Shown one piece after another: positions 9,410 to 11,983 of a DNA stretch of 11,983 nucleotides. The translations under genes and the position numbers were made by a program. The notes under the pieces are model-generated. The model searched no databases and was not told where the DNA came from. It saw nothing but the letters and a program-made list of their open reading frames with translations. Numbering within the stretch: position 1 is the first letter of the stretch; every line of letters starts with the position of its first letter. Source of the DNA: Bugula neritina (Eukaryota > Animalia > Bryozoa); the NCBI GenBank assembly GCA_964035545.1, contig CAXIUT010000011.1:1-11983 (forward strand), read 5' to 3'.

Positions 9410-9865
9410 TTGACTGTCGACTATCAGTTGAAATTCCAATTAACTCCAAGATCAATATCATATGTATTTGAACAAATCCTTAATAAAGATAAATAAGCAG
9501 CAGATATCATTCATCAATATTTATTAGAATTATATTTTGAGCAAGATGAGAATAAGCAATTGGTAAAAGCAAACAAAAAATATCAATTAACGAATCTTAA
9601 ATTTGACAATATCATCTAAAATATCTATAATAATCCAATTAAATACACATAAAATATAACATCTAATCTTCCTCTTTACCAACTAACTAATATTGATCAG
9701 TATCTATTCAACTTCATAAAAAAATATTTAGAGTCAAATCATCCATCTACTAAAACAAGTTAAAATTCAAAAGACACTACATATAAAAAGCAGAGCTATA
9801 CAATACGAATTCGTTGCATGAGGTTAGAGAAAATAGCAATGTTCGGAAAAGATTGTCTTTAATGA
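9410..9865 (+). CDS. Possible ORF or gene remnant (~150 codons, start unresolved)
   Basis: TGA-free frame LTVDYQLKFQLTPRSISYVFEQILNKDKEAADIIHQYLLELYFEQ...MFGKDCLE-stop(9863-9865). There is no in-frame ATG near its 5' end and no family was recognised. Confidence 0.3.
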
Positions 9866-9923
9866 TAAAAAATATTGAGTATAATTACTTCTTCTAATAA
9901 AACATCATATAAATGAAAATAAA

Positions 9924-10019
9924 AAGACTGTCTAATGATATCAAATCCAATTAAGACTATCTAATTATATCAAATCCAATTAAGACTGTCTAATGATATC
10001 AAATAAAATTAAGACTATC
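9924..10019. repeat. 29-bp tandem repeat, ~3.3 copies
   Basis: Unit AAGACT(G/A)TCTAAT(G/T)ATATCAAATCCAATT at 9924, 9953 and 9982, with a partial copy at 10011. Confidence 0.92.
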
Positions 10020-10023
10020 ACCA

Positions 10024-11667
10024 TCATTATAAATGCAACTTTATTACTTCACACCACTATATTTTAATTTCTCCTTATAAGGCAATATGGCCATTATAAG
10101 AACCACCACTATTTGTACTTACTATTCCGCTTGAGAATTATAGAGTTAGTTAGTCATCGCCAAATATCAAATAGTCTTAGTCAGAACTCATCTGTCCTCT
10201 GTCAGATTTGGACTTCATCAAAATAAGACCATCTTTATTGGATTAAAACAAAAAAGAATTCTTCTTCTTATTTGTCTTTTCATCTTTTTGACCGCTAAAA
10301 CCTCCAAAAACTCTTTATCCTAGACTGCATATCACTAACACATCAGCTAAGTTACCAATTTGACGTTTGTGTTCTCTTGATAATATACTTTAAGTTCCAG
10401 GAAAACTCCAAAGCTGTGACAATTCTGATTGTTATCTTTTTGCACTTATTGCACTAAATATCTATTCAGAATGAGTGCAGTTGATTTTAGAAAAAAGACT
10501 ATCAATTGAGATTATATTTGGTTTTTGATTTTACTTGTTTTTGATTTTTCGTTCTAAAGAAGATAAGGGTTTTTATACTTTTAAAGATCTATATTATTAT
10601 TTTATCATTTACTAATGCTTTTTTATCTACCCTTTCTACTCCTAAGATTTTAATAATTTCTACCTTAATTGCTATAACTAAGTCTTTAGACATCTGTTTT
10701 TGTTTTACTACTTCTTTAACATAGATTATATCTTCTTTATTTAATTTTATTTCTTACACTTCATATCTCTTAACTCCAATATAGCATCATCTAACTCTTA
10801 TTACTTCTTTTTTATTTGACATATCATTTCATCATTCGACTTTTTTATTTTTTACATTTTTTTTTACATTTAATTTTTGATTTTCAGAGCTTATTGGATT
10901 TCTCTTTCTAAAAATTAAATTTTACTAATTAACTATATTTTTATTTTTTATTTTTATCTTCCTCCTTCCTTAATATGTTTCTGTACCTTTTTATATTCTT
11001 CTTAAAATTTCTTTTGAAACTCTTTAAACGACTTGAACTAGTCTTAATGCAGCTCTATCAATCCACTTTTATAAAATAAACCCATCGCATACATCTTTTA
11101 ATATATATTACCAAATCTTGCTACCATTCCTATTACTTCTTCTGGATGATTTTTATATTATTCAAGTTAGTTAAATTTTCCACTTTCCATTTTTGACAAA
11201 AATTTGCTGATAATCTAAGATAAACTGACTGTCTTTCGACTATCTTTCGTATTCTATTTTGTTAAAGTCTTTTTAAATACACTGCCTTCATTAAACTGAC
11301 TGTTTTTCATTTTATTTAAATCTTCAGAATGGATTTCAGAAAATAATTGTCCTGCTTTAACACCAGTTATCATTTGGTTATTACTGGGGACAGTTTGGGT
11401 AACTTTGATCTATTTACTTTTTAGTTGACCATCTCCGATTATAATATTGATTACTCCTTTAGTATCTTTTGGATTTTATAGACACTCAATTATTTTTTGT
11501 TCCTTTTTAAATCTTTTATTATTTTTTCCATAGATGGTGATATCACCTGTGTACTCCTATAGTAATTTTTTTTTTGTAAGGAGAGCGATTACTCGAGTAA
11601 AAGTGTGATGTTCCTAGAATTTAACTTAGCAACGATGACCACCATTAATTGACAAATGCAATTCCAT
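10024..11667 (-). CDS. Coiled-coil protein with C-terminal TLDc-like domain, 547 aa
   Basis: Intronless ATG(11667)-to-TGA(10024-10026) frame under TAR=Glu. It begins MELHLSINGGHRCEVKF and has a long E/K-rich coiled coil. The C-terminus VLVICSLGERVFGGFSG...NSFLFE...YLIFGDDELTL...IKIEWCEVIKL follows the TLDc pattern (FGGF, SFLF, FG..DL.I, EV). Confidence 0.85.
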
Positions 11668-11848
11668 TGGTTAATAAAGTATGACTTCTGATAAATAATA
11701 TTTGTATAGGTTTATAACTTTTGTAAGAATATATGATATAAAATTATTATTATTTTAGGATGATCATTCATTTTAAAAGTGATTTTACTTTATAAATTAA
11801 TTAATCATAAAATTAAATAATTTCAATTCATTTTAAAAAAATATCTTA

Positions 11849-11983
11849 TGGGGTTGGGGTTGGGGTTGGGGTTGGGGTTGGGGTTGGGGTTGGGGTTGGG
11901 GTTGGGGTTGGGGTTGGGGTTGGGGGTTGGGGTTGGGGTTGGGGTTGGGTTGGGGTTGGGGTTGGGTTGGGGTTGGGGTTGGG
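11849..11983. repeat. Right telomere, (TTGGGG)n
   Basis: About 22 tandem TTGGGG units to the end of the window, with a few G3/G5 variants. Confidence 0.98.

Noticed and set aside
548-11667. Pseudogene cluster (many in-frame TAA/TAG)
   Set aside because: TAR codons fall at conserved Glu positions, catalytic motifs are intact and the frames end at TGA. This is recoding, not decay.

Overview
This window is a complete telomere-to-telomere ciliate macronuclear minichromosome of about 12 kb, capped by (C4A2)n and (T2G4)n. The supplied ORF track is misleading because TAA and TAG encode Glu here and TGA is the only stop (NCBI table 30, best known from peritrich ciliates), and genes are split by tiny 20-21 nt GTA...AG introns. 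Retranslated by hand, it carries six well-supported genes in alternating orientation: a choline-transporter-like (CTL/SLC44) protein (+, with one unexplained +1 frameshift), a hypothetical protein (-), PP2A methylesterase PME-1 (+), a PWWP-domain protein (-), a 928-aa protein made of two fused ADA2/ADGF-type deaminase domains (+), and a coiled-coil/TLDc protein (-). The second deaminase domain has HAGD instead of the catalytic HAGE. There is also a doubtful ORF and two ~30-bp minisatellites in convergent 3' intergenic regions. All family assignments come from motif recognition, not database searches.
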